From assembly GCF_030684315.1 (NCBI RefSeq), contig NC_081369.1:2904689-2968688 (forward strand): a DNA stretch of 64,000 nt. Direction: 5' to 3'. Positions 38,135 to 51,282 of the stretch are shown in pieces. The DNA comes from Stegostoma tigrinum. Lineage: Eukaryota. Positions within the stretch are counted from its first letter, which is position 1. Every line of letters begins with the position of its first letter. The notes under the pieces were generated by a model. It did no database searches. It saw only the letters and a list, made by a program, of their open reading frames with translations, and was not told the DNA's origin. The position numbers were made by a program, and so were the translations under genes.

Positions 38135-39130
38135 TCTAGCCTCATTTGCAGCTCGACGACACAGGTTGTGGTGACTGTGGTTTCGGCTTGAAACCAGTGC
38201 AGGTTGAATAATTTTTCCCTTGTTCTGTGAGTCAGCTTCACACCTGCGCGGAGATTTCTAGCAATGAACTACGCTGAGATTACAGCAAGGTAGATCAAGA
38301 GCAGTATTAGGGCGATGATGCAGCCATGGTTGACACTGGTCCAAAAAAGGAATGGGTCAGTGGAGGAGCCATTTTTCACGACCACGATTTCCACTTCTTT
38401 GTGGAGCAGGCAAATGATTGTGGCGAACTTCATGTTGCAACCAAACTGAGGAAGCACCCTCTGATGAAGGGTCTAGGCCCGAAACGTCAGCTTTTGTGCT
38501 CCTGAGATGCTGTGTTCATGCTGGATGTTCATGTTCATGATGGATGTGTTCATCCAGCTCCACACTGTTATCTATGAAAAAGCACACTCCGCGATACACC
38601 CCCAGTGACGATGTAAAAAAAGCCTTTGTAAGGTCAAAGAAGACTACATCCAAGGGTATCATTCCTGCAATTGTCATGCAGTGAAACCATGTCCGTTGTG
38701 CCCTTCTGCCACCAAAAGTCACAATTCCCGGACGAGATGTTCAGCCATGGAGGGGAGACAGTTGAGGACAACTTTGGTGATGACGTTCTAAATGTTGACG
38801 GCAGGGAGATTCCCCTTTTGTTACAATGGTCAGGCTTATTCCCTTTTTTTGAAATTCCCGTAACTTCAGCATCTTAGAGCACTCCCGAGAACACCGTCCC
38901 CCTCCCACTTCCAGATAAAGCAGACAAGGGTGTGGAGCTGCACCAGGTCTGAAATGCCTTCCATTTCAATTCCGCAGCGGGAATGCTATTTGCTCCAGCA
39001 GCCTTGTTGTTCCTCGACTGATGGACTGGCGTCTCTACTTTGTTGTAGGACTCAGGTACTACTGTAGCACGCTGAGGGATGCGTTCAAGAATGTTGGGAT
39101 AGTCGGCAGACCCCTGGGTGAGGTATGGTG
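38135..39130 (-). mobile_element. RTE-clade LINE, inverted 5' segment (linker and RT up to the YADD region)
   Basis: Minus: NNKAAGANSIPAAELK; FFDLTKAF; QFGCNMKFATIICLLH...NGSSTDP...VNHGCIIALILLLIYLA; KLFNLHWFQAETTVTTTCVVELQ. Confidence 0.85.
38460..38572 (+). repeat. Penelope-derived short repeat with hammerhead-like core, inserted in the RTE
   Basis: ctgatgaagggtctaggcccgaaacgtcagcttttgtgctcctgagatgctg. Confidence 0.8.
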
Positions 39131-39134
39131 GAGT

Positions 39135-39932
39135 TATCCCCCGCTCTTCAAAGTTCACAAGAACGCCTTGGAAAACGTTGACGACGTCTAATACCTCGGG
39201 AGTATTCTGTTGACTAAAGCAGTTATTGATGAATAGATTCAGTACTGCTTCCATCATGCAAGCGCAGTCTTCAATTCTCTGAGGTAAAGAATGCTCAAGG
39301 GCAACATCAGATCCTACAATAGCGTAATAGCTTACAGAGCTGTGGTTACTTCTGCCCTCCTATATGGCTCTAAGTCACAAAATGTCTACAGCAGAAAGCT
39401 TACTACGCTGAATCAGTGCCACCAACACTACCTGTGAAAGGTTCTGTGAATCCATTGGGAAGAAAGACGCATTAACACCAGCGTCTTCAACCAGGACACA
39501 TTGCCTGAATCGAGGCATCAATCACCCTTGATTGGCTACAATAGGCTGGGCATGCCATCCGTATGACTCACCAAGCTGGTGCTCTACTCCCAATTTTGAA
39601 ATGGCAGGCATGCTCCAGGTGGACAGCAGAAGCACCTCAGGGATACATTCAAGCCCTCACTGGTGAAGTAAAGCATTCCCAAAAGGCCGTCAAAAGGGGA
39701 GGGGATCACCTGCAAAGGCACTAAACACCTCGAGATCTGTCGTTGGGAAAAACACTAATGCCAAGTGAAAACAAAGGAACGTGATGCCATATCAATGCTC
39801 CATTACACATTTCCATGACCAAGTGTAATGGAACCTGTGCAAGGCACATTGATCTGTCCAGCCAATCTACGGGCTTACAGAGAATGGAAGAGTATCATCA
39901 TCATTTGGGATGGACCACCAATGATGATGATG
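39135..39932 (+). mobile_element. RTE-clade LINE, forward 3' segment
   Basis: LENVDDV*YLGS...AVIDE...YRAVVTSALLYGS...IHWEERRINTSV...WAGH-like...PGGQQKHLRD; ends in an (ATG)n tail at 39921-39932. Confidence 0.85.
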
Positions 39933-41339
39933 AAAAGTGGAGAAGAAGCTGGGAGGATATCCATTCTGCTTTATTCAAGTTTGATGTTCACAAGGTTTCA
40001 TAATGTGGAAATTGGAATGAGCTAATTGGAAACACATTAGCCTTTTGGCCGTGACTCTGAAACATTGATGCATTATCTTCACTCCATTCACAATGCGATG
40101 ATACATTCCTTTGTCAAACTGCAGTAAAAATGATCACTAAAACCAACACTAATGAATCTAATTAAAAGTACATTCGGTTAATCAGCGGTCATGAATTAAG
40201 TTTCTGATTATGAATAAACTAAATTAATAACCTGATATTAATTTTCCTACAAATTTTGAACGCCTCTCTCCCGCCACATTTCCACCTTTTGAGATAGAAG
40301 ATGCCTATTATTTGATCGCTCACATAGTAATGAACATTTCAGCCTCACAGCAATAGTTATAATTTTAAATTTCCACAATTTTATCTCCAATTTTGTTCAC
40401 CGGTTTGTCCTATTTGCATAATGTAAGTTAATTCAAAAAAGAGGCTGAGTTTCTTAACGAGTTGACCATCTTGTCTGCGCTTAACCGGCTTGCTCTGACT
40501 TTTCAAACAATCGGTGCCACCTGAAGGTAAAGGGTGCTATTAATTTACTGCTACCTCGCATCAGTATATGTAGATTTAACAATCTCCAGTTCACCTTTTT
40601 TTTATGTTTTAATCTTTAGGACACTTTGCACTCCCGAATTTTTGCTTGTTAACATTAACATTTCCTCATTTTTATTTTAATTTTGCCCACTTTAGCAGCT
40701 GTCGATGTGTTCAATTCCAGCCTGATGGTCTCTCAATCAGTTTCTCCATGGAGTACGTAGCAATGTCTTGGATATCTTAAAGATGTTCTTCTTTTTGATG
40801 CAATATGAAATGCTTCATAACATTCTGTTTATCAAGTAGGTGTGTATGACTGAAACCCATTTACCAAATCAATAGTATTTATCCTTTGAACTCGTTGATT
40901 TTGAATGCATTTCCAGATTATACTTGCATGCGTACATGGTGTGGTAGTTCTTGACGGATGTGATCTTATGGAAAGAACTTGGAATTGTTTACTGGTCTGT
41001 TTATATATAGCTGTGATGTTTCTTGTGTTTGACTAACTTTCAAATTTAGTTCTGTGAGAAGGAAGTAGACAAGGACACGATTATGACCAGGAGAAATATA
41101 CAAAATTATTGCCCACACCTAAAATAAACTTGCAACAAAATATGCATTAAACCCTAATGCACATTCTGCTGTATTATTTCAAGACAAATTGTTCATAACA
41201 CCATTCTCTATGTGTTTATTATTACCTGACCTCATCTTCTGGCCCCAATAAATTACTCATTTAATTGTATATATCCTATGAGTTCCAATGCTACCTCTTC
41301 AATGACTCTGAGAGAATTGTTATAGTCCAACAACATAAA

Positions 41340-41930
41340 GTCACAGGCATCGAGTCACACAGTATGAAAACAAACCCTTGAGCCCAATTAGTCCAGGCTG
41401 ACGAAATGTCTCAATCTGACATAGTCCCATTTGCCAGCATTTGGCCTATATCCCTCTAAATCCTGTACAAACTGCAAGAACTGTGGAGGCTGTAAAGCAG
41501 AAAAATCTAAACCCTTCCTGTTTATATACCCAACCAGATGCCTTTTAAATGGTGTAATTGCACACACCTTCATAACTTCCTCTGACAGCTCATTCCATAC
41601 ACGCACTACCCTTTGAGTGAGAAAGTAATCCCTCGGGTCCTTTTTAAATCTTTCTTCTATCATTTTAAAGCTGTGCCCTGTAGTTTTGGACACCCCATCC
41701 TTGCTTTTATAAACCTCTATAGGGTCACCCCTCAGCCTTCAATCACCAGGGGGGGAAAAGCCCCAATCTGGGCAACATGCTACTAAATCTTTTCTGCACC
41801 CACTCAAGTTTAACGAGATGACCCTATTAAAGGGCAAACAGAATTAAATGCAATATTCTAAAAGTGGCCTTACCAATGTCCTGTACTGCCGCAACATGAC
41901 ATTCCATATCTGACACACAATGTTCTGACC
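41340..41930 (-). mobile_element. CR1 LINE 3' fragment
   Basis: Minus ORF GHSFKMIEERFKKDPRDYFLTQRVVRVWNEL. Confidence 0.85.
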
Positions 41931-42187
41931 AATCCTTTTCACCCCATGTTCTTCTATATTCTTGAAACCAGAAATCAAACATTAATTGTTTGTTTCCAGG
42001 TGAAAACATTTTAGATTCTTTTAACTTTGACGTACATGACATGAACTTTCTCCCCTGTAAACTGACCCACTACATCTGCAGTTCTTACCATCTGTCGACA
42101 AATCATTTTCTTTCACATCACAAAGTTTTCCAAAGTTCCAATGGCAAACAGTTGGCCAGCAAGCTTCTTTTAGTACTTTTTCTATTT

Positions 42188-43547
42188 ATAGAACATAGAA
42201 CATAGAACAGTACAGCACAGAACAGGCCCTTCAGCCCACGATGTTGTGCCGACCATTGATCCTCATGCATGCACCCTCAAATTTCTGTGACCATATGCAT
42301 GTCCAGCAGTCTCTTAAATGACCCCAGTGACCTTGCTTCCACAACTGCTGCTGGCAACGCATTCCATGCTCTCACAACTCTCTGTGTAAAGAACCCGCCT
42401 GTGACATCCCCTCTATACTTTCCTCCAACCAGCTCAAAACTATGACCCCTCGTGTTAGCCATTTCTGCCCTGGGAAATAGTCTCTGGCTATCAACTCTAT
42501 CTATGCCTCTCATTATCTTGTATACCTCAATTAGGTCCCCTGTCCTCCTCCTTTTCTCCAATGAAAAAAGTCCGAGCTCAGTCAACCTCTCTTCATAAGA
42601 TAAGCCCTCCAGCCCAGGCAGCATCCTGGTAAACCTCCTCTGAACCCTCTCCAAAGCATCCACATCTTTCCTTTAATAGGGTGACCAAAACTGGACGCAG
42701 TATTCCAAGTGCGGTCTAACCAAAGTTTTCTAGAGCTGCAACAAGATCTCATGACTCTTAAACTCAATCTCCCTGTTAATGAAAGCCAAAACACCATATG
42801 CTTTCTTAACAACCCTGTCCACTTGGGTGGCCCATTTTAAAGGATCTATGTATCTGCACACCAAGATCCCTCTGTTCCTCCACACTGCCAAGAATCCTAT
42901 ACTTAATCCTGTACTCAGCTTTCAAATTCGACCTTCCAAAATGCATCACCTCGCATTTATCCAGGTTGAACTCCATCTGCCACCTCTCAACCCATCTCTG
43001 CATCCTGTCAATGTCCCACTGCAGCCTACAACAGCCCTCTATACTGTCAACGACACCTCCAGACTTTGTGTCGTCTGCAAACTTGCTGACCCATCCTTCA
43101 ATCCTCTCATCCAAGTCACTAATAAAAATTACAAACAGTAGAGGCCCAAGGACAGAGCCCTGTGGAACACCACTCACCACTGACTTCCAGGCAGAATATT
43201 TTCCTTCTACTACCACTCGCTGCCTTCTGTTAGCCAGCCAATTCTGTATCCAGGCAGCTAAGTTCCCCTGTATCCCATTCCTCCTGACCTTCTGAATGAA
43301 CCTACCATGGGGAACCTTATCAAATGCCTTACTGAAGTCCATATACACCACATCCACAGCTCGGCCCTCATCAACTTTTCTAGTCACATCCTCAAAGAAC
43401 TCGATAAGGTTTGTGAGGCATGACCTGCCCCTCACAAAGCCGTGTTGACTGCATTTGATCAAGCCATGCTCTTCCAGATGGTCATAAATCCTTCAGAATC
43501 CTTTCTAACACCTTGCAGACGACAGATGTGAGACTTACTGGTCTGTA
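42188..43547 (-). mobile_element. Relatively young 5'-truncated CR1 LINE (RT domain plus 3' UTR)
   Basis: Overlapping minus ORFs: SQHGFVRGRSCLTNLIEFF...YMDFSKAFDKVPH...GVPQGSVLGPLLF...FADDTK; ERVQRRFTRMLPG; (ctatgtt)n tail. Confidence 0.95.
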
Positions 43548-44104
43548 AAAATTTATATTCAAATAAAGCAATTATATCTCATTCTCCGTTATATTGAAGT
43601 AACTGGACAGTGTATATGTATTTTATTATCTTCCAAAACTTTTGATTTTCAAGCAATTGCTCAAATTAGATATTTTAGAATTCTAACTCGTGTAAATCTC
43701 GAAATATTCAATTCATTTTTGTCACCAGGTTTAATTGTTTTGAAACATCTGGTGATCAACATTTAGTTTGTTTTCACAAAATTTTTCATCTTTGCGAGCA
43801 GCTAGACTAGAATAGTCTAAGATAGTTGACTTTGTTTTCGAAAACGGCAACAAATTTCAGCCCTATGGTTGTACTGTGATATTGAAAGTTTGCAGACAGT
43901 CCTGTACGTTCTTGACGGTAACTGAAAACGTTCTGTAATTCTAGCTATTTAAAACAAAAAGAACTCTGACAGTTCGAGAATTTAAATTTAATATTGCTTA
44001 ATATATGACTCAACACTGCAGAACTAGAAAACAGATAGATTATAAACCAGTGCAGATGCAGAACAAGTGTGTGCGGAGAGACTAAAACAGAGAAGCTCTA
44101 TTCT

Positions 44105-44540
44105 ATTCATTATCATGCTGGTGTCAAAGAAAATCAAGCAACATATCTTAATGGCTACTGCCCAGTGGGTCTGATATCCATCATTATGAAGTGCTTCAAA
44201 ATATAAGCAATGGCATACATCAATTTCAGCCCCCCAGATTGCCTTGATCCATACAATTCGCCTAGTGTTGCAATAGCTCCACGTCAAATGCCCCACACTC
44301 ATACCTGGAATATTTGAATAACCTACGTCAGACTCCCATTTATTGAGTTAACTTTCAACACCATACTTTTAACCAAACTGGTCTGCAACCTCCGAGACAT
44401 AGGCTACTGCTCCATTATGTGCAACTGGACGTCCTAACCCGCAAACCGCAATCAGGAAGAGTAGGCGATAATACTTCCTCCGCAATAATCCTCAAAATCG
44501 GTTTCCTGCAAAGCTGTGTTATCAGCTCCATGCTACAAGC
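44105..44540 (+). mobile_element. Rex1/Babar-type LINE RT fragment
   Basis: Degenerate IIPVPKK...NDYRPVALTSIIMKCF and LTRKPQSGRVGDNTSSAIILKIGFLQSCVIS (Rex1-like TSSTIILNTGAPQGCVLSP). Confidence 0.7.
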
Positions 44541-44759
44541 CCCAGGCACTCACTTTCTTCTGGTGATTTATCAAGCACCTTCCTCAGTTTGTGTCCATCC
44601 GTGCTCGAATGCAATCAACATGTTTTTACGTGTACTTGTTATATTTGCCCACGAACAATTGCCTACATGTAACTAACAGATTATCGTGGGCAGCATTAGC
44701 AGTGATAAATCATGTAAATCTTGAAAAGACAGAAAATAGATGATTGACAACCAGACAGA

Positions 44760-45330
44760 CTAGAGGAAGGCAAGCAGTGCAAGATTATCTCTTGTGACTG
44801 TTTCCCTCTCTCAGAGATATACAGAATAGGGGACAGAAAGGGAAGTTAGATCTTCATTGATTCTCGCAAAATGGGTTTGAAAAAGGTGAGGGCTTTTAAA
44901 GCTCAGCGTAAGGAGTTCTGGGGTAAATTGAGAAGTCGGACCTCACATGTAGTAATCCTTTGATTAATTCCGCCACATCTCGTGGGTGCAAAAATATGGA
45001 ATCTGCCAGATGAATGAGGAAATGGTCTACTGGAAATTCAGATTACATGGACGTTGGGACCTGTCAAGGGGAAGACGTGGCCATTAGAAACACAACGGGA
45101 TCAACCTGGGCCGGACTATAACCAGTTTCCTGGTGCTGGTGTGTGCGTGGGTTAGTGGGAGGTGTTTGCTTGTATTATTTGGAGAGGTCTAAATAAGAAT
45201 GCTTAAGTGATACGACCCTGTGCAGGTAGAAACAGGAGAGAAACGAAGATGGAATTTTGAAACAAAATTGATGACTGAAGAAAGGGCAAAACTCAAATGG
45301 GCAGGTTGGTGAAGGCCGATTGGGGGGTGC
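44760..45330 (+). mobile_element. Decayed CR1 ORF1 (esterase-like) fragment
   Basis: Degenerate GKLRSRTSHVVI...FRLHGRWD...GINLGRT, resembling CR1 ORF1 SGNH region. Confidence 0.55.
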
Positions 45331-45639
45331 AGATTAGGGAGGTGGTGAAACCTTTTGAGTTATGAAATCCCCTCAAAATATGTCAAGGACATAGCCTAGA
45401 CCTAAATATTTTATGTCATTTAAAGACAAGTGACAGGTGTTGTATTTCAGATGTGATTAGATATGTCCACGAGTAAAGCGTATCAGACTTTAGTTTTAAC
45501 AACACAATCAAAATACAAACAAACAAAAAAAGGTTTGGCCTAACTTTAGTTCTACTGGAAAAACTTCATGAAATAATGTATTATTTAATTGCTAATCATC
45601 AACTGTTCCAATGTACCAGCATCCCATAAGCACAATAAA

Positions 45640-45895
45640 AACCCACAGCACTGTGGATGCTGTAAATCAGAAATAAAATAAAACAAATTGCTGGAACAAC
45701 TCTGCAGATCTAGCAGCATCTGTAGAGAGAAATCAGAGTTAGCATTCTCGAAACAAAAACAGAGAGAGAACTATAGACGCTGTAGCGGATGCAGTCCCAA
45801 GGAAGAATCGCTTGACCCAAAATATTAATTCTGATTTCTCTCTATAGATGCTGCCAGAACGGATGACCTTTCCAAACAATTTCTGTTTTTGGTCC
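45640..45895. repeat. Inverted-repeat MITE-like element
   Basis: aattgctggaacaactctgcagatctagcagcatctgtagagagaaatcagagttag mirrors ttaattctgatttctctctatagatgctgccaga...caatttctgttttt. Confidence 0.7.
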
Positions 45896-48061
45896 TGAAG
45901 GAGAAAGAGTATATAAGTGTAGATTTCTTACAGAAGTATAGTTTTCTCACAGATCTGTAGTAAGGGACAAACATATATGTAAAGATTACAAGTAAGGTTT
46001 GAAAGTGCACTTGCTGACTGCTGCAGAAACAGGCAGCTCGTTGGAAGATAGTTCCCAAAGGAACAGGCCATGGGATGCTCCAGACTGGAAACAAGCTAGT
46101 CTGCAGATCTTAGTGGCAAGGGGCCAGGGCTAGACACGATGAGTAACTGCATGTTTATTTTTGATAAAGGTTTCAATGGACCACAGCCCCCAGTGTGAGA
46201 GCGTAGGAGCCGCATACAATGATGGTAAACTATGTGGTGTTGATAGATATACTGTTCATGCTAGATGTGAATAATAATTAATACTAGTTTCAGAGATGCT
46301 TCAGCCTCTTTGTAACGACGGCTTGCTTCCCCTACCATTTATGTGCCTGTCGAATAAACTCCTGTTAATTTTCTGAATGCCTTCGAAATTTAATATGGAG
46401 CAGTTTATTTCATTTTCGGTTTTGTCCGTAAACATTTCACAAGTCGCCATTCCATCATTTCCCTTCTGGTATTTATACTTAGCAGTTTTGTGTTTGCAAC
46501 TTTGCAGTCGTGCTCATTATTAAGTAGCAATTTTATGTGTAACGTGCCTGTTTGTGCTTGCTTTATATCGGGAGGTATTTACCTGAAATCAAGATATCAC
46601 CTTTGCAAATGCTTCCCGCTTCTGTTTTGTTTATTAGTGGTTATTTTTCTAGCTTGTTTTCTCCATAGATCTATTGCCAAAATCAGCGGTTTGTTTTTTT
46701 TAATTCATTACATTGGCTTTGTCGAGCATGTGCTCGCCTTATGTCAAAAGGTAATATATTGAGACCGCTGTTTCCCGGACGTCACCTTATGTTTACTTCT
46801 CTTACGTTCTCCAGTGAATACCCATTACTACGTTGAGCAGTGCCTCCTCCACGCATGAATGAGAAACAAGGCTTCCTCACCGACCAAATTCACCATTACC
46901 TATATCACTATGCTAGCTTTGGAGGTTTCCTCAATAGAGAACAGTAAAAATCCTGCTATGTTTATTCTCCTTTTATCATCTACTAGTTCCATATTTCCTT
47001 TTCTGTGCCCATTTCCCGACAAGGTCTTGAGCATGCCGCATCCTAGAAATCTGCTCCTTCTTCCCTTGGTTCGTCTGATTCTCCATATGAATTCTTTACG
47101 TTTGACTTAGCCCTTTTCTTCCAGTACCATTCACTTGGCCTTCATTGCTACAGCTCAAAAAATTAATATTCTGTGGTTTTCTGGTTATACTGTAAATTGA
47201 AATATTACGTCACTATTCTCTTTCTTAATATTTTAATATTTGTGACTGCCTTGCTAACCATGACAGGCTCTTCAATAATTCTCAACGTTTTCTTTCTTAT
47301 GTTGCATCATTGCTGCACAGGTAACTAAATGCTTCTTCAACAATTCCGCAACATCTATTTTAGAAGGAAATTAGTATATTATTATTCAACCTACTAATTA
47401 ATTCATTCTCCAATTTGCTTGTGTTCTTTTCATGGTTGATTGTACATCTGGAGGATTTTAGCTGTAGAATTTACGTTTGGCGGTTGCTGTGAATAAACCT
47501 GAGTGCGAATAAGATTCAGAATCTGTTTAACGTACACAGTCAATAATTTTCGAGCTCCGAACTTTCCCTCATCTGAACTGTTATTCCTTCAGTTTAAATC
47601 AGTGTCTTGCAAACTTTGAAGTTTCAAACCTGTGAAATTCAATTTTAAACCCTTCTGTCGTTTTTGTTTCAAAGAAAATATTCGAAAATATATAACTGCA
47701 TGAACGCCACCCCACCTATCTCTGTGGAGTAAAATGATATTTCAAGGGTCGGACTTTAAAACTATTGGGTTCAAGGGAAGTGCCCTCATCAGTAATACCC
47801 TCACAATGAATTTCTGTATTGTTTCATGTGGAAATTATGAGCTAGTGTCTATCGCCAGTGTTCCAAAATTGAGTCGATGACTATGTTTCTGTGTAGTACA
47901 TGGCCACACCATGGACTTCAATTACCATTCCACAGTTCTCCTGCTCTTCCAGAGTAATAATCCTCTACTTCTCAATGAAACCTCAGTCAGTTTGTTATAG
48001 TGACACTGACGCAGTGGTTTGCTGTCTGTGCCTCGTTTGCAAAGTCCAATTTCCAGCATAT

Positions 48062-48150
48062 TTCTGATGAAGGGCCTAGGCCCGAAACGTCAGCTTCTGT
48101 GCTCCTAAGATGCTGCTTGGCCTGCTGTATTCATCCAGCTCCACACTTTA
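48062..48150 (+). repeat. Penelope-derived short repeat with hammerhead-like core
   Basis: ctgatgaagggcctaggcccgaaacgtcagcttctgtgctcctaagatgctgcttggcctgctg. Confidence 0.8.
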
Positions 48151-49579
48151 TTACCAGCATATTTAAATCTAAAGCCAGTGAAGGATGAATATAATGGTGC
48201 TCTAGTGAATCCAATCCCACTCGCTCTATTAACCAATATGTCTGACGCTGAAGTACTGAGTTCTGGCTTATGTATTAACTCAAATATCGATATGAATTTG
48301 TTAATTTCAGACGTTAAACAATATGGCAACAGAAGGCGTCTGGCGGAGTAACTCAGGAAAATTTACTCGATGAATAAATTAAAATAAGTAAAACATGAAA
48401 GCGACTATTTGGCTTATACTTCGTGTTTCAGCTGCGAGCGATATTAACACTTGATCTCCGGCCTCGCTATAGAACACGTCGAGGGTCTTCTGGTTCTGAA
48501 AGGACAGAAGGACAATTTTAATATTAAACTCCATCGTGTCTCATCTTTGAAAGGTGCCGCTTCCTGACGCAATTTCTAAGCTCCGACACATTCAAACATT
48601 GCATTCTGATTGGTCGAGGTGAGACATGGTGTATTTCTAGACTAACAGGAGGCGTGTTCATCCTGTAACTGGCTCGTAAGAGCGATGGGCATTGACTGAT
48701 GTTACTGTATCTTAACTAGTTCCTCACGTTATCAGTTCTGCATGGGCTCATCAACTTCCGTTGTTATGACTTTTCCTCACTTTTCCTCAGACAACAATGT
48801 CGTTTATCATTTAAAATGACATCAGTGCGGAAAATAGCTATGACCAGAATTGGTTAATAAACGGCTAAGAATCTGGGAGGATACCCACATTGCCTTATTC
48901 AACTTCCATGTTCACATGGTCTCATAATCATGAAATTGGAATGAACTAATCAGAGACACCATTTCGCCTCGTCGCCGCGACTATAAAACATTGATGGGTT
49001 GTCTTCATTCTGTTCACAGCTCCATTTTATTTATTTGAGTGAAAGAGTCGGGTCACACTAAAGTATTAATGCCAAGACTGATTAAGCAAATTTACAATGC
49101 ATTATATTAACCAGTGATCATGGCTTCATTACCTGATTGTGAATAAACAACATTAATTGTTGAATATTAATTTCACTACCAATTTTATAAGCCCGTCCCC
49201 ACCGCTCTCCCATCCCTCGAGAGGTAAACTTCGATTGCTCATAGAATAATGAACTGTTCTATCTTGCAGCGGTTCTAACAATTTTAAAATTTCATTTTTT
49301 TCACTCTTAATTTGCTCACTGGATTGTCCCATTTGAATAATCAAGTTTCGTTCAAAACAGAGGCTGGCCTCCTTAATGAGTTCTCAATCCTGACTGCGCT
49401 CAAATGACTTGCGTGCCTTCTCGAAAAGTCAGTACCACCTGTAGGTAAAGGTAACCCATTGACGCATTTCTATGCTGTTACCTTATAGTAACAGATTTAT
49501 GTCATTGCCCAATCAATCGGGCAATAGCACATGTTACCATGCTAGCTCCTGTATGAGTCATAGAAAAGGTTTAAAGTTG

Positions 49580-50630
49580 AATAGACGAATTAGTAAAGTT
49601 AGATCGCATGGGATTCAGCGTGAACTTGCCAATTGGATGCAAAATTGGCTTAAAGGCAGGAGACAGAGAGTGACGGTGGAGAACGGGTTTTCGGACTGGA
49701 GGCCTGTGGCAAGGCGTTCCATAGGGTTTGGTGCTGGGTCCACTTTCGTATGTCATTTATATAAGTGATTTAGACAATAATATAGAAAGTATAGCAGTTA
49801 TGTTAGTGGATGATACCAAGGCTGGTACTATCATGGATCATGACAAAGGATAGCTAAGATTACAAAGAGATCTTGATCAATTGGATCAATGAGCTGAAGA
49901 GAGACGGGTGGAGTTTAATTTGGATAAAAGCAACGTATTGCATTTTGGTACAACAAACAGATCTAAGACTTGTACAACTAAAAGTTGGGCCATGATTAGT
50001 ATAGTAAATCAGAGAGACCGAGGGATTCATGCAGATAATTCTTTGAAGTTTACACCACCATATAGATAGGATGGTTGAGAGCATTTTGCATGCTTGCATT
50101 CATTGTTCATACATTTGAGTACAGGAGTTGGGACGTTGTGCTGACGTTGCACAGAACGTTGGCGAAGCCAGTACTATGCCCAGATGTCCTTGTCAAGGGA
50201 AAGATATTATTAAGCTGGAAAGTGCTCAGAAAAAAATCACCAGGATTTTTCTGGGAGTGCATAGTTTGAGCTATAAGGAGAGGATGGATAGCCTGGTGCC
50301 TTTTTCACTGGAGCGGAAGAGTTTGTGAGTTTACCGTATAGGGTCTATAAAGTAATGAGGGATATAGATAACGTGAATTGGAGGAGTCTTTTCCCAAGGC
50401 TGGGAGCTTTCATTACTAGAAGCCATATTTTTGAGTGAGATGAGAAGGATTTAGAAAGACCATAAGGGTTTGTTCTTTTTTTAACATAGAGAGTCGTTCG
50501 TGAGTATAATGAACTTCCAGAGGAAGCGGTGGATGCAAATACAGGTACAGCATTTAGAAGGTAGTTTGGCATGCATTGGTTGGGCTGAAGGATCCGGTTG
50601 CATGGTGTATGGTGTTGTGATTCAATGACA
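49580..50630 (+). mobile_element. CR1 LINE RT/3' fragment
   Basis: KVRSHGIQRELANWMQNWLKGRRQRVTVENGFSDWRPV; MLAFIVHTFEYRSWDVVL. Confidence 0.9.
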
Positions 50631-50644
50631 CTGTTACAAAAAAT

Positions 50645-51282
50645 CATAGAGCCATGGAGTCTTAGGGCAGAGGAGCAGATCCTTTGGTCCAACTTATCCA
50701 TGACAAGCAGAAAAACCAGTCTGACTTTGTCCCGTTTGATTCATGTCTCTCTCAACCATTCTTAGCCATTTACTCATCCAGATGTCTTTCGAATTTTGCA
50801 AACGTACCCGTCAGCAACACTTTCTCTGGCAGCTCATTCCATGCACACGTCACTGTCTTTATGGAAAAAGGTACCACTGAGGTCCTATTCAACTTTTTCC
50901 TTTCACCCTATACCAATGTCTGCTAACGTTGGGCTCCCACTCGCTTGGAAAACTACTTTGGCCATTCACCCTGTCCATCTACATTTGATTTCTTAAAACT
51001 CTGTGAGGTCACCTCTCCAACTCCAATGCTCCACAGAAAAGCAAAACCCTGCCTATTCAGCCTTTCCCGATACCTCAAACCTTCCAGACACAGGAACATC
51101 CTTGTAAATCTTTTCTGCACCCTCTCCCATGTAACAACATCCTTCCTTTAGGAGGGCAACCAGTGTTGTATGCTGTATTCTAAAAGTAGCCTCGCCAATA
51201 TCCTGTACAGCAGCAACATGACCTCCCAACTCCTATACTTAATGTTCTGAACAATATGTGTAAGCGTGTCAAAAGCTTCTTC
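50645..51282 (-). mobile_element. CR1 LINE 3' fragment, tail-to-tail with the previous one
   Basis: Minus ORF YRSWEVMLLLYRILARLLLEYSIQHWLP. Confidence 0.85.

Noticed and set aside
42277-43462. Long RT ORFs (also 61737-62258) as host genes or an active element
   Set aside because: 5'-truncated, frameshifted CR1 ORF2 fragments.
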